A DNA stretch of 64,000 bases from Bilabrum cf. latius (lineage: Eukaryota): contig OZ237745.1 in NCBI GenBank assembly GCA_965178125.1, forward strand, positions 868,001-932,000, read 5' to 3'. Both the position numbers and the translations under genes were made by a program. Under the pieces are notes generated by a model that was given only the letters and a program-made list of their open reading frames with translations, did no database searches and was not told the DNA's origin. Of the stretch, positions 23,801 through 36,969 are shown one piece after another; position 1 is the stretch's first letter; the number at the start of each line of letters is the position of its first letter.

Positions 23801-25224
23801 CAGAGTCGCTGCTGCCGCGCGAGCTCGATCTCACGGTTCCTCCGTCTTTTGCTGACCTGGCAAGCCTCGCAATCTCGTCGCTCCCAGGCGCGACGGCATC
23901 GTGCACGGACTGGGGCACAAGCGTGCGGATGGCTGAGGCCTTCGGGCTCAGCTAGACATAGTTGGACAGGATGGAGTCTCGCAGCGCGTCCTCCAGCACC
24001 GAAGACGCGGCTGCCACAATCATTGCGTGCGGTCGGTCGGAGAAATCGGCCTTTAGGCGCTCGATGCACTCAGCCTGCAGCTTGCCTTGCATGGCGGACC
24101 GCTACTGCTTCGACTCCATGCCGGAGCTGTAGCCCTTCCTGGCTTTCGCGTACGCAAACGCCGCAGCCGCAGATTTGAGATCCGAGTCGGGCGCCAGCGT
24201 CTCCCATTCGCGCTTGGGGCGGCCCACCAGACTCGCCAGCTCCCTCTAAAGGTCACACTGGGCCTTGAGAGCGGCCTGGCCTGCCCTCATCGCCGCGATC
24301 AGCTGGTGCTCGGGAACTTGCTCCCCGGCCACCTCGAGCATGAGCGTCCTGGTTTCTGTGCCTGCGTACAGCACGTCCAGCACGGATGCTTCCTGCTCCT
24401 CCCTCGAGGGGTTGAGGACGGGCCCGCCGTCTACCCAGCCAATGTGCACGGCGGCTGCGGGGCCATGCCACGGGATGTCGGACACCGCAAGGGCCGCAGA
24501 AGCGGCGGCGATGCTTACCTGTGGGGATAGTATATGGTGAGGAGAAGGCGGTCAGGTAGGGTCACAGGGGCGGGGCGTTGAGATAGGAAGGCGCGGTTGC
24601 GGTTGGGTCTTGCTGCCAGCGAGCTGGTGACTCTGACCACGGCTGCTAAAGTGCAGCGGCTGTCGTGATGAAAGTGGGCCTTATGAGCCGGCAAGCGTGG
24701 CATCTCACGGTATCTGGTGGAGCATCCCTATCAATTGAGGTGACTGAGCAAATGATCTGAGTCTCCGTCGAGTAGCCTTTCGGAAACAAGGGCCGCAGGG
24801 TCCGATCGATCACCCTGGCACCTAATATTTCGTGATCTGTGTTGCCTCCCTCTCGCCCATTGAATGTTTGAGGAATGACTCCCTAGGCAAACGATTTTTC
24901 TCGGTACTCAACCTGGAGCGGCAGAAAGTCGCTCTCCCCGATGCCGTGCTCGCTGACAACAGACGTGAGGACGGACGTATCCCCGTAGCGAGCAAGAACG
25001 ACTCCATCCGCAAGCGGGCCGATTTTTCCAGTTTCTAGTGATAGCTGCCTCCCGCAATAATCCGTCGAAACCTTTCTAGGGGTCTGAACTGACGAAGACT
25101 TCGTGCGAGCGCTCAGCTTATGGCATGGTGCTGGCTACACTGGCAATCTTCTGCATGTTTTAGCTAGTGACTGGCTGATCAAGGCATTCCATTTTCGCAA
25201 TCGTCCTTCATTTAGCCGACGCAT
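20859..25224 (-). CDS. PNPT1: Polyribonucleotide nucleotidyltransferase (PNPase), likely mitochondrial, ~1391 aa with long C-terminal extension
   Basis: Exons 25224-24709 and 24518-20859. Motifs [98 protein letters not shown], then KH and S1 domains. Arg-rich N-terminus resembles a transit peptide. Ten in-frame TAG; ends TGA. Confidence 0.95.
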
Positions 25225-25337
25225 ATTCTGAAGTGCGTCAAAACAAGGCCCAAATACTTGCAATGTTCCTTTCTGCGAATCGAACTTTCATGAAGCCATT
25301 GGTAGGCAACAGCAAGTCGCACTTTTTCTGCTGTAGC

Positions 25338-26496
25338 ATGGCATCCCGCCGGCAGATCAGGCTCAGGAAGGAATATTTGTACAAGAAAAGTTTGGAAGGT
25401 CGCTAGAGGGAAGAATATGAGAAGAAAGAGGCGATTAGGAAAGCATTGAACGGTGAGAAGCAGCAGTTGCAGCTGGGACATGTGCGATGTGCCTGGGCTC
25501 TGCAGCAGGTGTGCTACCATATTCCTCTAGCTCGTAATCGCAGAGGGTAAGCCAATTCCAACGGAATTGCGAAAGTTCGAGGCAGAAATGCGAAGAGAAA
25601 TGGATTTCGAAGACGATGTGACCAGATAGCAAAAGGTGAGGTCGTCGTGGGCATTCAAGCAGCTTCCTCGCGTCGATTTCCATCTATCGAATTATCATCA
25701 TATTCAACTAGTATTGCAGTCTGCGATTGACGACGAGTATAGCGCGTCAGCCGGCCGAGAGCCGAAAGTATGCGTGACCACATCGCGGTCTCCGAGCAGC
25801 AGATTGAAGATGTTTGCGAAGGAAATCAAGCTGTTGTTTCCCAATTCACAGAGAGTGAACAGAGGGAACACCAAGGTTGGAGATCTGGTAGGCGCTTGCC
25901 GCAAGGCAGACTTCACGGACGTGGTGGTAGTCCAGGAGACGAGAGGCGAGCCCGATGCACTCATCGTGTCCCACCTGCCCTTCGGGCCAACTCTCTGGTT
26001 CACCTTGTCAGGGTGCGTGATGCGGCACGATATCGAGGACAGGGGACACGTGTCCGAGCAGGCCCCGCATTTGATCTTCCACAACTTCAGCACGCCCCTC
26101 GGCAAGCGCGTGCAGACTGCTCTCACGCACCTCTTCCCGGTGCCCCGGCTAGATGCCTCCCGGGTGCTCACGTTTAGCAACAGCAAGGACTTTATTTCCT
26201 TTAGGCACCACAACTTTAGGGACGAGAGGAAGAGGGCGGGAGCCGCGACTGAGGAGGACAGAGGGGGCGCTGCGACCGGCGGGGCTGCTGCTGCTTCGGG
26301 GGGGGAGGACCCGCCTGCGGATGCAGGCGGCAGCGCGGGGAAAGGGTCCAAGGGGGTCGAGCTGGTAGAGGTGGGTCCTAGGTTTGAAATGATGCTGTTC
26401 CAGGTGTCGCTAGGCACGATCGAGCAGGAGGGTGCTGACGTGGAGTGGGTGCTGAGGCCTTACATGAACACCGCCAGGAAGAGGCGAGCGCTGTGA
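25338..26496 (+). CDS. IMP4: U3 snoRNP protein IMP4 (Brix domain), 327 aa, 3 exons
   Basis: Exons 25338-25452, 25544-25635, 25720-26496. Motifs RLRKEYLYKK, GKPIPTELR, IDDEY, TTSRSPSSRL, SHLPFGPT, DFISFRHH, EVGPRFEM, EWVLRPYMNT. TAG at 25404 and 25627; ends TGA. Confidence 0.95.
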
Positions 26497-26697
26497 TGTG
26501 CATTGTGGTACATTGTAGAAGACGTGTGTCATTTTGCTGCGATCAGGTCAAGGAAATCGCGCGTTGATGCATGCCTGCAAGCTGCAGATCAGCATGCAGC
26601 AGCCGTGCGACCACTTGTCACACAGGCCCCCGAACTCGAGCGACCACCGGAGTTGAGACGGTAAGCGGGTTCGCTAAAGATTCCGCCAAAGGTGTAA

Positions 26698-29600
26698 ATG
26701 TCGTGCACAATTTGTATGAACTGGCTTGGATACTATGTTCTGCCCCCCTCTGAGAGTTCGGAAATACAAACCCAAGCCGCAATGGAAATGCTGCTCCGTG
26801 TGGTAAAGAAGCAATACCCGACTATGAACCTGCGAGACGCAGCCAGGCAACGAATCGGGGTCGCCTCTCCCTGCCATGATGGCATTTGTGGGTGTTTAGG
26901 AACCGCTCAGCGCATCAATCAGTACGATGTGTCGCGTAATTTGCTTGCGATCTCTTCGGATCACGGATCGCCCTGGTGCTTGCGATGGCCTCTTCCATTG
27001 GGGGCCCATATAAGGCCATGGGCAGGAGAATGGGCATATCGATTACAAGTATTAAATACGGATGCTGCTAGAACTGCTGGGGGGGTCTTGGCTGGTATGG
27101 CGATGGCCATAGTCTACCTCGCGTTTGCTTTCGTCGAGTCGGAGACCGGCGTTGAGCCCGCAGTTTTCCTGCAAAGCCTTGCTTGGAGACTCGGAACTTT
27201 TGCAGCGATGCTCTTGCTTGCAATTCTTCACGTAGTCCGATCCAGAGTGCCCCTTGCTGCTAGGTATTTTGTTGAATTTGCGTGCTTTGTCGCAATCAGT
27301 CTAACGCTTTACTGCAGAGCGATACTCTACTCAAACGAATGGCAGCAACGGTACTCCTTCGGGGTGACTTCACTGCTTGTTAAGCTCGGGGCGGTGTCGC
27401 TGGGAGGAGCTGGGTACGAGCTCTCGGTGGTCTTGTGCATCTTGGATGCGGTCATTGGGCTGGTTGCCCAGTCCTACGCATTGAATTGGGAGGTACCGAC
27501 GTGGGCTATGCAGTGGTGCTTTCTCTCCGTATTAACAGCGATCATTGCATCGCATTCGCTGGAAACGCGACGCAGAACCGACTTTGTGCAGAGAGTGTGG
27601 ACCTACGCTCGCCTTCTGGAGGGAGCGACTCTGCGGGACTAGCTACGGAACCGCAGAGCACTTGCGCCGATTCCTCTCATCCTTACCCGGCCCGCTTCCA
27701 TTCATTTGGCTGGAGCTACTGGAGAAAGCCTGCCTTCCCAAAGCACGGGCACGCCAGGCTCGTCGCAGCCAAGCCCCATCCGCGCGCCACCGATGCGGTG
27801 GAACCGTGCAGCGGCAGCCGACACTCAGCGTTACCAGTCGCACACTGGGGATCCAAAACTAGCGCAAAGTGCCGACGTTGGTCTGCTTGGTGAGCTGCAA
27901 CTCGCGGGGGGTAGTGCTGGCTCTGCCGGCAGCCCGGCCGCTCACCCAGCTGGCGTAGGAGCGAGTGCTCGAGGAGCAAGTGCTCGAGGAGCAAGTGCTC
28001 GGTCTCAAGGAGGCCCCGCTCCCCAGGAGCAGCACCAGAGACTGTCCCAGATGGTCGGAAACAGCACGATCATTGCCAGCCAGGGAGCCGAATTCCCGCG
28101 ATTCCTGGTCAAGCTGCTCCGGCGATGGAGATCCACAGGACTGCCTCTCCCCGACGAGCTTGCTCGCATCGCAAAGCAGGCGAGCCTGCTGGCTTCTGGA
28201 GCCCAAGCCAAGCAAGCGATGCGCGGCAAGCGCCAGCTCAGTGGAATATCCATGGCTCTGACTGCGAACCGAATCGCTGGGCTAGACCTCATTGGCCTAG
28301 TGGGGGTAATCGAATGCGATGTCCCTGCCGCCGTTGAGGCGCTCTCTGTTGGGCTGACCTCGCCTCAAGCCGCCCAGCTCCGTATGCACAGGGACTCGCT
28401 CATCGTTGCATCCAGAGATTCTACTCGATCTAGCACATCAAGCAGCGGGAAGGGATGGCATGCCGCCGCTAACAGCAGGGCAGCCGGGATGCCAGGCGCC
28501 GGACTCGGCGGCTCGCGCTCGCGTCGAGCTCCGCCGGGCATCGCCACCAGCATCGGAACGGCATCCATCGGTCACGATCTCCTGAAAATTACCCCGGCTG
28601 GCTCTGAATCTGCTCGCAAAGACAGTGCGCCGTGGCGAGAGGCCACGTACGGAGCTGCGCCAGCTCTGCCCCGCAACAGAGTGCAGAGTGCGCTGCCGCC
28701 AAGCATCCAGGAGGGCAGCAAGGAATCGGTGGAATCGAGCCCGAGCGTGGCAGAGCCCACCGCAGAGACGCCCACTGGCGGTGAGATAAACGAGGAAATA
28801 CACTCGGCTCGCGTCAAGTCTCGTTCCACGGGATCTAGCGGAAACGATGCGAACGCCATACCGGATCGATTGAACAGCGGCCAGCTAGCGCTGCGAAGAC
28901 TCGAGACACCACCAGCGAGGGAACCATTCGCTGATAGGCACGGCACCCCAGCGATGAATCCTGGGTCCAAATACATGCCCAGCGATCCTTCGTCCGCCAA
29001 TCATCCGCCTGCAGCAGTCAATTTGACCGCCCAAGTGGACTCTCCTGCCCAAGTGTTTGACCAGCAGCCAGCAGGCACAAGCAGCAGTATCACGCCTGCG
29101 GACTCGCCCGCAATCGAGGTCAATTTCAACATGGGTGCTGGGCGCACCAAGGACAGGAACAGTGAAGCCAGGGCGGCGGCTGGTATTGCAGCTGGGAGTT
29201 GGGACTCGGTCGCAGGCAGTCCTGGCCTCGAAGCTACGGATGCAGAGGAGGAGGACAGCGATGCGATCCAGCGCGCTGGTAGGCTGCATCGAATGGACAC
29301 GCTCCCTCGCAACCGCGACTGCGAGTGCTGCTGCCTGACGTGCTTCTGTTTCTTTGGCTTGTGCTGCGGGTCCGTGTGCATGAATCGAGCCTACTCGGCC
29401 TACTCGCCGCACGCAGCCCCTGAAATCGAAGTGCAGATGCAATCCCGGATACTCGCCCTTCAGGACGTGGACGCTGCCGCCAGAAGCATCGGGGCCAAGC
29501 TTGTATTGAGGGCGGTAGATGACGAGACGGGCTCTGAGCGCACGCAAGGCCTGCACGCAAGCCAGGACACGGCGGAGAACTCGGGAGGGAGCCAGTCCAC

Positions 29601-32478
29601 GGCTCTGCTTCGCAGGGACGATGCCTTGGCTCTCGTCCAGCGCCCGTACAGGGACCGGCCTCCGAAGCAGAGGATGTCAGGGCCGTCAGTTGCATCAACG
29701 TTCTCTGGCAGCGTGGGCTACCACGGGAGTGCAGCGGGCACGTCGGTCTCCACGAGTACCGACGGCTCGGGTCGAAGGGGAGGCCGCAAGTACCAACGGC
29801 ATCGAGGCCGGGACTCAGACCTCCACTCACTGCACGTCCATAACGCGAGCGGCCGGGCAGGCGCTGCTGCAGAAAGGAAAGGGATGCCCCGGATCGGCGC
29901 GAAGGACCGGATCATCGGTGGTGGTGTGGTCATGCTTGTGCCGGACGGCGATGTTGATATTGGCGGCAGGGGGGCTGCCGTCGCGCCCATGAACGAGGGC
30001 GAGATGGCAGGCTCAATGCTGTTCGATTCGGACGGGGACTCGCTGCAGCGAAGTGCAACCACCCCTGCGGGTTCCTACACCGGGGAAGACATCGCGCTGG
30101 CCATTCAAAGGCAGGCACTCGCGACACACACGCAGGGCAAACCTCTTGCCGTCAGCAAGTCGTTCACCCAGGGGTCACAAGGAAGCACCCCGAAAGGTAC
30201 GCCAAGCATTTTGAGAGACGGTCTGCCTGGCAAGGTGCGCAGGTCCTCCACGGAAGACCCCAAAGACACTCAGGCTAAGGTACGACTGGCCATGTCCAAG
30301 CTAGACAGGGGAAAGACCGAGGGCGTTCGCTGGAACCTCGGCGGCGGTGTCGCTGGCGAGTCGGCCGGCTTGGGTGGCGGTATGGGCATGGGTACAGCTA
30401 GCATCAACGGCCCCACGGCGTACACCCCGAGGCCCTCCCACATGCTGGCTGACGACGCAGACGGGCACCCTCGTTCGAGCGGGTCCACGTGGCTCGGTCG
30501 GAGGCGTGGGCTGGGTGCTGGACCTGGGGTGGATCCCCTCGGCATCGATCCGCTGTCCGGGGCCATCGAACTAGTGCGGCGAGACAGGAAGAGGGACTAT
30601 CGGCTGGACTCGAGGAGGCAGAGGGACGTGGCAGCCCGGCTGAGGCTGGAGCCCATGCTGAGGGACCGCGGCAGCCCGGGTCTTACGGGCGCTTGGGCCA
30701 CCGTGGACAGCGGTTCGGAGTCACAGAGCGACTCGTACAGCGAGCGAGGGCGGCGTGACCAGTCCCCGTCCAGGAGCGTCAGGATCACCATCGGGGGCAG
30801 GGCTACTCTCGCGGGGGCGTCAGGGGACAGCGAGCCGCTCACTGGGGATACGGCTCACAGCCCAGTCACTAGTGCTCGACCTCCCGTCGACTCGAACGAT
30901 TCAGTCGCCCGATTTGGGCCTGACGTGGGCGGGGCGGATCCGGTATCCGATGGAAGCCCTAGGGGGCTTGCCGAGCCTCTCATCCTCCCGCGAGGCGCAC
31001 CTCGGCAGGATCCTTCTCCTCGATCCAGTCGCTAGCCCGGTTCCAAGGCCCCGCAGAGGCTGCAGCTGCTTGACGTGACTGGCAGTGCTGGCGCCGGCGA
31101 CGCTTCGAGCACGGGCCGTGCCGCCCCCCGCACGTCAAGCGTGTCGATGTTCGACACCTCGTCGTCGTCGAACGCCGCACCCTCCTCCAGCTCAACTGCG
31201 CCCTCTGGCCACGACGCTGACGCATTTGACCGGGTGGCTGAACAGTTCGGCAGGCTTAACGATCTGTTTGTGGACGCAGATGACTCCCCTGACGATGCAG
31301 ATGGTGACCGGGGTACCTCCGCTGGCGACACACTCACGAGCCCCAGCACCGAGGATATCGGCCAGGGCATGCATGCGACCCCAACTCCCACTCTGCATCG
31401 AGGTGTCGGGCGGTCCGACAGCACATTGACGGACTCACGCAGGCATTTCGGGCCTGAGGTGCAGGTAGGCAGCAAACACAGCCTCGCCGTCTCTTAGGAA
31501 GGCGTGACCGATGCGGATAGTGCAGGTGCAGGTGCAGGTGCAGGTGCAGGTGCAGGTGCAGGTGCAGGTGCAGGTGCAGGTGCAGGTACAGGTGCAGACG
31601 TCGAATTGGAAAGTGCCGGAGGTGCCACTAGAGGGTACGGTGATTCAGGAAGCGGGTCTGGCGCTGGTGTTGCCAACTCATCGCAGTCAGCAGCAGCTGA
31701 CATCCAAGTGGATGGCGTAGCAAGTCGCAGCTAGAGTTCGGTTTAGTCATAGCAGGCAGCCGCACAGGAAGCTGGCGGGCGACGTGTGGGCAACCTGGGT
31801 GATGGCCTGCTTCCGCACGACGAGTTTGCGACCAGTGTTGACGGATACACTGGTACATCATCGTCCTCCTCGTCTGGGCACCCTGACAGCATCGGCAACA
31901 CTACCATCCAGACTAGAGCGCTGCGCGAGGCAACTGGGAAAGCGACCACCGCGACGTCGGGGTTCACCAGTCGACACCACGGCCTGCTGGAAGGTGGCAC
32001 ACCCGTGCCATCTATCCGAGAGTCGACCGGTACCACTGCCGACAGCGGAGGCATCGGTGCAGCAGGGCCTCGGAGGCCTGGTGGCACTGCTGGCAGGCCC
32101 ACGGGTAGACAGGGAGAGGGCGAGGGCGAGGGTCCTCATCGACGTCATGTGGGGCCACAGGCGGGTGGAGCGCCACCTGTTGGACGCGGTATAGGATTGG
32201 ACGTACCGGGGGTGGAGTACGGCGGGGGAACACGCCGGGTCATCCTGCGGCTGGGTAGGGGCACCACAGTGGTCGCAAGGGTGTGCCTGGTGGTTCGGCC
32301 GGTGCTGCTCAGCAAAGAGGCTCGGCTCCCTGGCAGGGAGGATGAATAGGCACGGGCATTCGATGGCCTGCCTGGAGCGGCTGCAGGTGCAGAGTCATCT
32401 GTGGAGAAGGCGGCGCGCCGTCGGGCGGGTAGGCGAAGGAAGGTGGGGATGCTCGCAGGGTTTGTGCTCCTGGATTGA
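26698..32478 (+). CDS. Large hypothetical membrane protein: N-terminal multi-TM domain plus long disordered tail, up to ~1926 aa
   Basis: Five ORF-track ORFs lie in one frame, joined by 7 TAG (27640, 31033, 31495, 31732, 31744, 31750, 32347); first TGA at 32476-32478. About 5-6 TM helices at 27070-27560 followed by ETRRRTDF, plus a Cys cluster near 29320-29380. Start codon and possible introns are uncertain. Confidence 0.65.
31520..31597 (+). repeat. (GGTGCA)n coding microsatellite, Gly-Ala repeat
   Basis: Near-perfect hexamer tandem within the CDS. Confidence 0.9.
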
Positions 32479-32536
32479 AGCGGTTCACTTTGGACTTCTA
32501 TTGCTCGCAGTGACTGGCACCGCATGCACGGTAAGC

Positions 32537-34774
32537 ATGCACCCCTCCAAGTACTCCATGATGGCTCTAATATTCCTTGAACGCCCTGCGGATCCTATTC
32601 AAGTGCTTGCTGCACTAGCATCGGCATTCCGACAATTCGGAGCCGCCAGCGTCGGCACCTGCACTTCGGCAAGGCACATAGCTGACAGAATCTGGGAGAT
32701 GCCTGCGCTATTTGAGGGTCAAAGGCGGCTGAAATACCGATATGGGCTGTCATCTATTTTAAAGGCACCCCGAGCACTGTTATGGAACGACTGCCCATAC
32801 GTACGCGAGCTATATTCGCGATGCAAGGCAGACAGCGGGAAGTGGTTCTGTTTGCAGCCACGGTTTGAAGAGGAAGCCGCCTTGCACCGAACAAAATGCT
32901 TCAATGCATACGTCGATGAATACGAAGAGCTCGATTGGGGCAAAGTCTTGAGTAATCCGCACGCCATCGCTAGCCAGTACTGCGTCCGCAAGTCTGTTTG
33001 CCGCAAGGCCGAACTCGCGTCGCATGTTGGAAAGTACAGGCGCAAATGTATTGATAGAAACGAGTAGTGCCCGCTTGATAATATCGTTCCTTTTGGTGTT
33101 GTCATCGACGCTGTTGAGTACCGAGCCAGCCTCGGTGGCTTTGGCCAAACGAGGTCTGGACGGGGAATCGAGTTGGATAGCGAGAGCTTGCTTGCATCTT
33201 GCATGTGGGACGCTGAAGATGAAATGGACCCCGACTATGATAAGAAATAGGAACGTCAATCTGATCGTGACTCCCCGGTGCACGCCCTTACAGCGGCTGG
33301 GGATAGGCAAAAGCTGTGGGTGCTGAAGCCCTCGTTGACCAACCGCGGAGCTGGCATTCGAATTGTTAAGTCTGCACCTGAAGTCATGGCAGCCGTGAAA
33401 GAGGAACCGGACGTCGGACAATGGGTTGCCCAGCGGTACATCGAGCGACCGCTCCTCATCGACGGTAAGAGAAAGTTCCACCTGCGAGCGTACGTCCTGT
33501 GCGTCGGTGCGCTGGAGGTCCATCTGTACAGAGAATCGCTAGTGCTCGTTGCTCCAACCCCATTTCAATAGGAGAGGCAGAAGAGCAGTGTGCACGATAG
33601 GACCAGCTCCGACGGGATTGTGCTCGCCCAAGGCGGCAAAGCAGTTGCTCCGCCCGACGATCTCACTGCTCACATCACCAACACCTGCTTCAATGTGGCG
33701 GCCGCCGTGGCAAAGAAGCGCAGGAGGAAGGGGCAGAAGCCCGCGGGGAAGAACCGTGGTGGTGCTGAAAACATGCTCGCTTTCGACGAAAGCCGGTTCG
33801 TCAAGACCCTCTCCGAGCTGCCCGGCATTCTTGAGCGGGACCACTGGCACGCTGCTGGGCACGAACACAAGCTGCGCGACTCCGCAAACTAGGACCTTTC
33901 ATCAAATTTAACAGCAGTAGACGCGGAAACGGCTACGATTTCTGCGGCGAGCGCGACCACCGGGGTCACGAGCCTGTCAGCTGCCAGTGGTGGGGTGACG
34001 GCCGACTGCGTGCCCCAGCCCCAGATCCCAGGGCTCACTGGGAGCGTGAGGGAGGGGGCACCCCTCCTGCCCCCGCCCGAGAGCACGCCTGCTGAGCAGG
34101 CATCGACGGCGATCAGCGTGCTATACGGCAAGATGAGGACTGCAGTGGCCAGATTCTTCGATTCGTACCGCGGAGAGACCAGCGGTTTCATGCCTCTCCC
34201 GAACGCGTTCGAGCTGTACGGGATCGATTTTCTGGTAGACGAGGACTTGAACCCCTGGCTGCTGGAGTTCAATCCGGGGCCAGACCTGAAGCAAACCGGA
34301 GGTCGGCTCAAGCCGTTCATGGAGCGGATGGTTCGCGAGATGCTCGCGGTGGCCCTCTGGGACAGGGACCTCTCCGATGCAGGCAGGCGAGACCGGTCCT
34401 AGATCATGCGATTCAAGGCGCAGGAGGTGAGCCAGCACGGCCCGGGGGCCAAGGGGGCCTCTCCGATGGCATCTGCAGAGGTAGAGGACGTGCTGCTGCC
34501 GCCAGACGCAGGACTCATTGGCGCCGTCGGGGGCTTGCAGTCGGAAGGCTTGGACGCGCGGGCTTTGCTGCTCCTCGAGAAGCAAAGAAATGTGGAAGCA
34601 GATCCGTCTGGGAAAAGTGCCGGGTGGTCGCCGTGGTGGGATCGGTCGAGTGATGGAACGGCCGCCGGTGCGGCAGGCAGCGACAACCCGACCGTGTGCG
34701 GATGGGACCTCGTGTACTCGCAGAGCGGGGGTTCGGCGTCCCAAAAAGGATCCTCTTTGACCGTTACTGGGTGA
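32537..34774 (+). CDS. Tubulin-tyrosine ligase family (TTL/PBY1-like ATP-grasp) protein, ~745 aa
   Basis: One frame with 5 TAG (33065, 33248, 33569, 33890, 34400). Motifs YEELDW, QYCVRKSVCRK, WVLKPSLTNRGAGI, VAQRYIERPLLIDGKRKFHLRAYVL, AHITNT, FELYGIDFLVDEDLNPWLLEFNPGP. Ends TGA; exact ATG uncertain (32537 or 32558). Confidence 0.88.
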
Positions 34775-34976
34775 TTGTTTCGCTTGAATACAGCGGTTTG
34801 CGGGGATTGCTGCTGCGAGCAAGCGATCTGTCTCGGCTGCATGGGATCTGTCGCGTGCCCATCGCTGGTCAATCACCGCTGCCTCAGGCCGTCACTCTGC
34901 TGCCGTTGAAAGTCATTTCGAGCCCAGCCAGTCGCCCAAGAATGCCCAGTCAATACTCGTGAGCTCTTTTGCTGCT

Positions 34977-35934
34977 ATGCAAGCCCGTAGATTCTTCGTA
35001 GGTATCGCCTAAATTGAGTGCTTTCACAAGCCAACAGAGCATGGCCAACGGCGCGAATCGAATGTTGCTCGCACTGCATGTCGCCAATAGCTGCTATATG
35101 ACACTCGCAGCAACGATTTTGAGGCTGAGGTAGCCATTGAGGCGTACAAGCTCTGGGAAAACGAGGGAAAGCCGACCGGGAGAGAGCTTGCGCACTGGTA
35201 CGCTGCAGTGAGAACTGTTCGTCAACGGGGAGCCGCACGGCTGCCACAAGTTCAAACAGTCGTAGTGGGCTCTATGCGTGGTCAACAATCTGTTGGTAAG
35301 TTGCCTTTGGCGTGCAAGTCTCGAGCAGAAAGCGCAACTAGTGCATAGTTGCCTGGTGAGATTGCATGCTGCCACCAACGGCTATGAAGCCTCTTCGCCT
35401 CTCGCAGCAAAAGTGGAGTCCGTAGGATCGTCTACCGCAACTCCAGAAGCTGTAGTAGCTACTACAAGCGTGTATGGTGCTCGTTACTCTGCCTTGGGTC
35501 GAGCAGCGGATGACATCGGTATGCCAGTACCAGCACATGATGCACAAGCCGCTGCGGCAGGAGCGCTGAAGGAGCACAGTCATGAGAAAGCAGACAGGGG
35601 TACACAGCCCTCGACCAATGGTACGCAACTGATGCGTGAGGCCCAGCCTGGACGGAAGAAGTCGCGATCAAGGTCGAGGCGGGGCCGCAAGCGAGCGCAG
35701 GCAAGTGCTCCGAAACATGCGGGTGGCAGGGCCGCCGGTGGCACAAAGGGTGCCCGCGCTACATCCTCCGCTGGCGGTGACAAGACGTCAGTATCTGCTC
35801 CATTGTCCGAGGTGCAGCAGCCCAAGACGATCTCGAGCAAGGCGGCTCCCCCACGCCCTTCAGGAGGCGGCATGGCCGCGAGAAGCACCTCTGCATTTGC
35901 CTGGCTCCTGCCCAGGGCTGCGGCTGGCAAGTGA
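34977..35934 (+). CDS. DUF2934-like domain protein with basic tail, ~250 aa, 3 exons
   Basis: Proposed exons 34977-34997, 35091-35295, 35408-35934 (introns 93 and 112 nt, GT-AG, frame consistent). Exon 2 encodes EVAIEAYKLWENEGKPTGRELAHWYAA. Confidence 0.6.
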
Positions 35935-36969
35935 ATGGATCCTCCGAGGTTGACTGGATGCTATCGTGGCTGTGGCCGACCCTTTGTGAGAAATCATCGC
36001 CGGCAAGCAGTGACGGTCCAGGTGCAGCCATACGCCAGCACAGGCTGAAGATGCGCCCCAGCGGCTCTACGTGGGAAGTTTCACGGCACCTCGCGCTCAA
36101 TCGGGGTGCTGTTTGGCCGTTGTTACCCTGGACTTGAATTTCCAGTTTTGTTGAAACTGGACAAACCCAGCATCACTGAGAAGCACCGACAGCCAATCAA
36201 GCAGCCTTTTTCAACCAACCAAGTCGCATGGAAGAATTGACGCTGCTATGATGCCTTACTTGAATCCATAGTAGAGCAAGAGGTTAATAAGAAAAAACTG
36301 GCGAGCGCTGCCCCTCAGCGCCCGAATAGCACGCGGCTTGATTGCCGCTCGAGTCTAATTGTGACCTCTCAACTTCCACATCTGCATGTGGTCGGGTGAT
36401 CCGATCCCCCTGATCCAAGTCACTCGTCACACATGTCCAAACCCACACCTGCCCGGCCTGTGCCTCCCCCTTCCTATCCGCCGCATCAACCCAATGACCC
36501 CACCGATCATCTTCTCCTCCACTACTTCCTCCCCCTTTCCGGTGAACCGTCGCCCCCCTCCCTCTGCTCTACCCTCCCCAACCCCTCCATTCGCCACCCC
36601 ACCCCACCCCACCCCTGCACTTCCCTCCCTAGCCGCTCTCTCTCTCTCACTCCTCCGCATCGCTACGTCGCATCTGAGCCTGCTCCTCGAGCGGGTCCTG
36701 CGCCCACCGAGCGACCTCAATCTCAGAGACCTTGCTGGCCTCACCAGCTGAGCTGCACCAAGCCTCCGTAGATTTGCTGCCGCCAGACTGACTTGCAGCA
36801 TAGCGGTCATGAAGCATTTCGAAGATACTGACGTACCCTAATAGTCAGGAAGGGTGCATGGCAAAAACGTGCACACCACTGGTGGCACGTTGCCACTGGC
36901 ACCAACGTTGAAACGGAAATTGAACAAAACAGATCATATCTGGATACAGCGCACGAACAATAGATCAAA

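Noticed and set aside
26698-32478. Adenylate/guanylate cyclase call for the multi-TM protein
   Set aside because: The TM block ending ETRRRTDF is reminiscent of cyclase membrane domains, but I could not find cyclase catalytic motifs.
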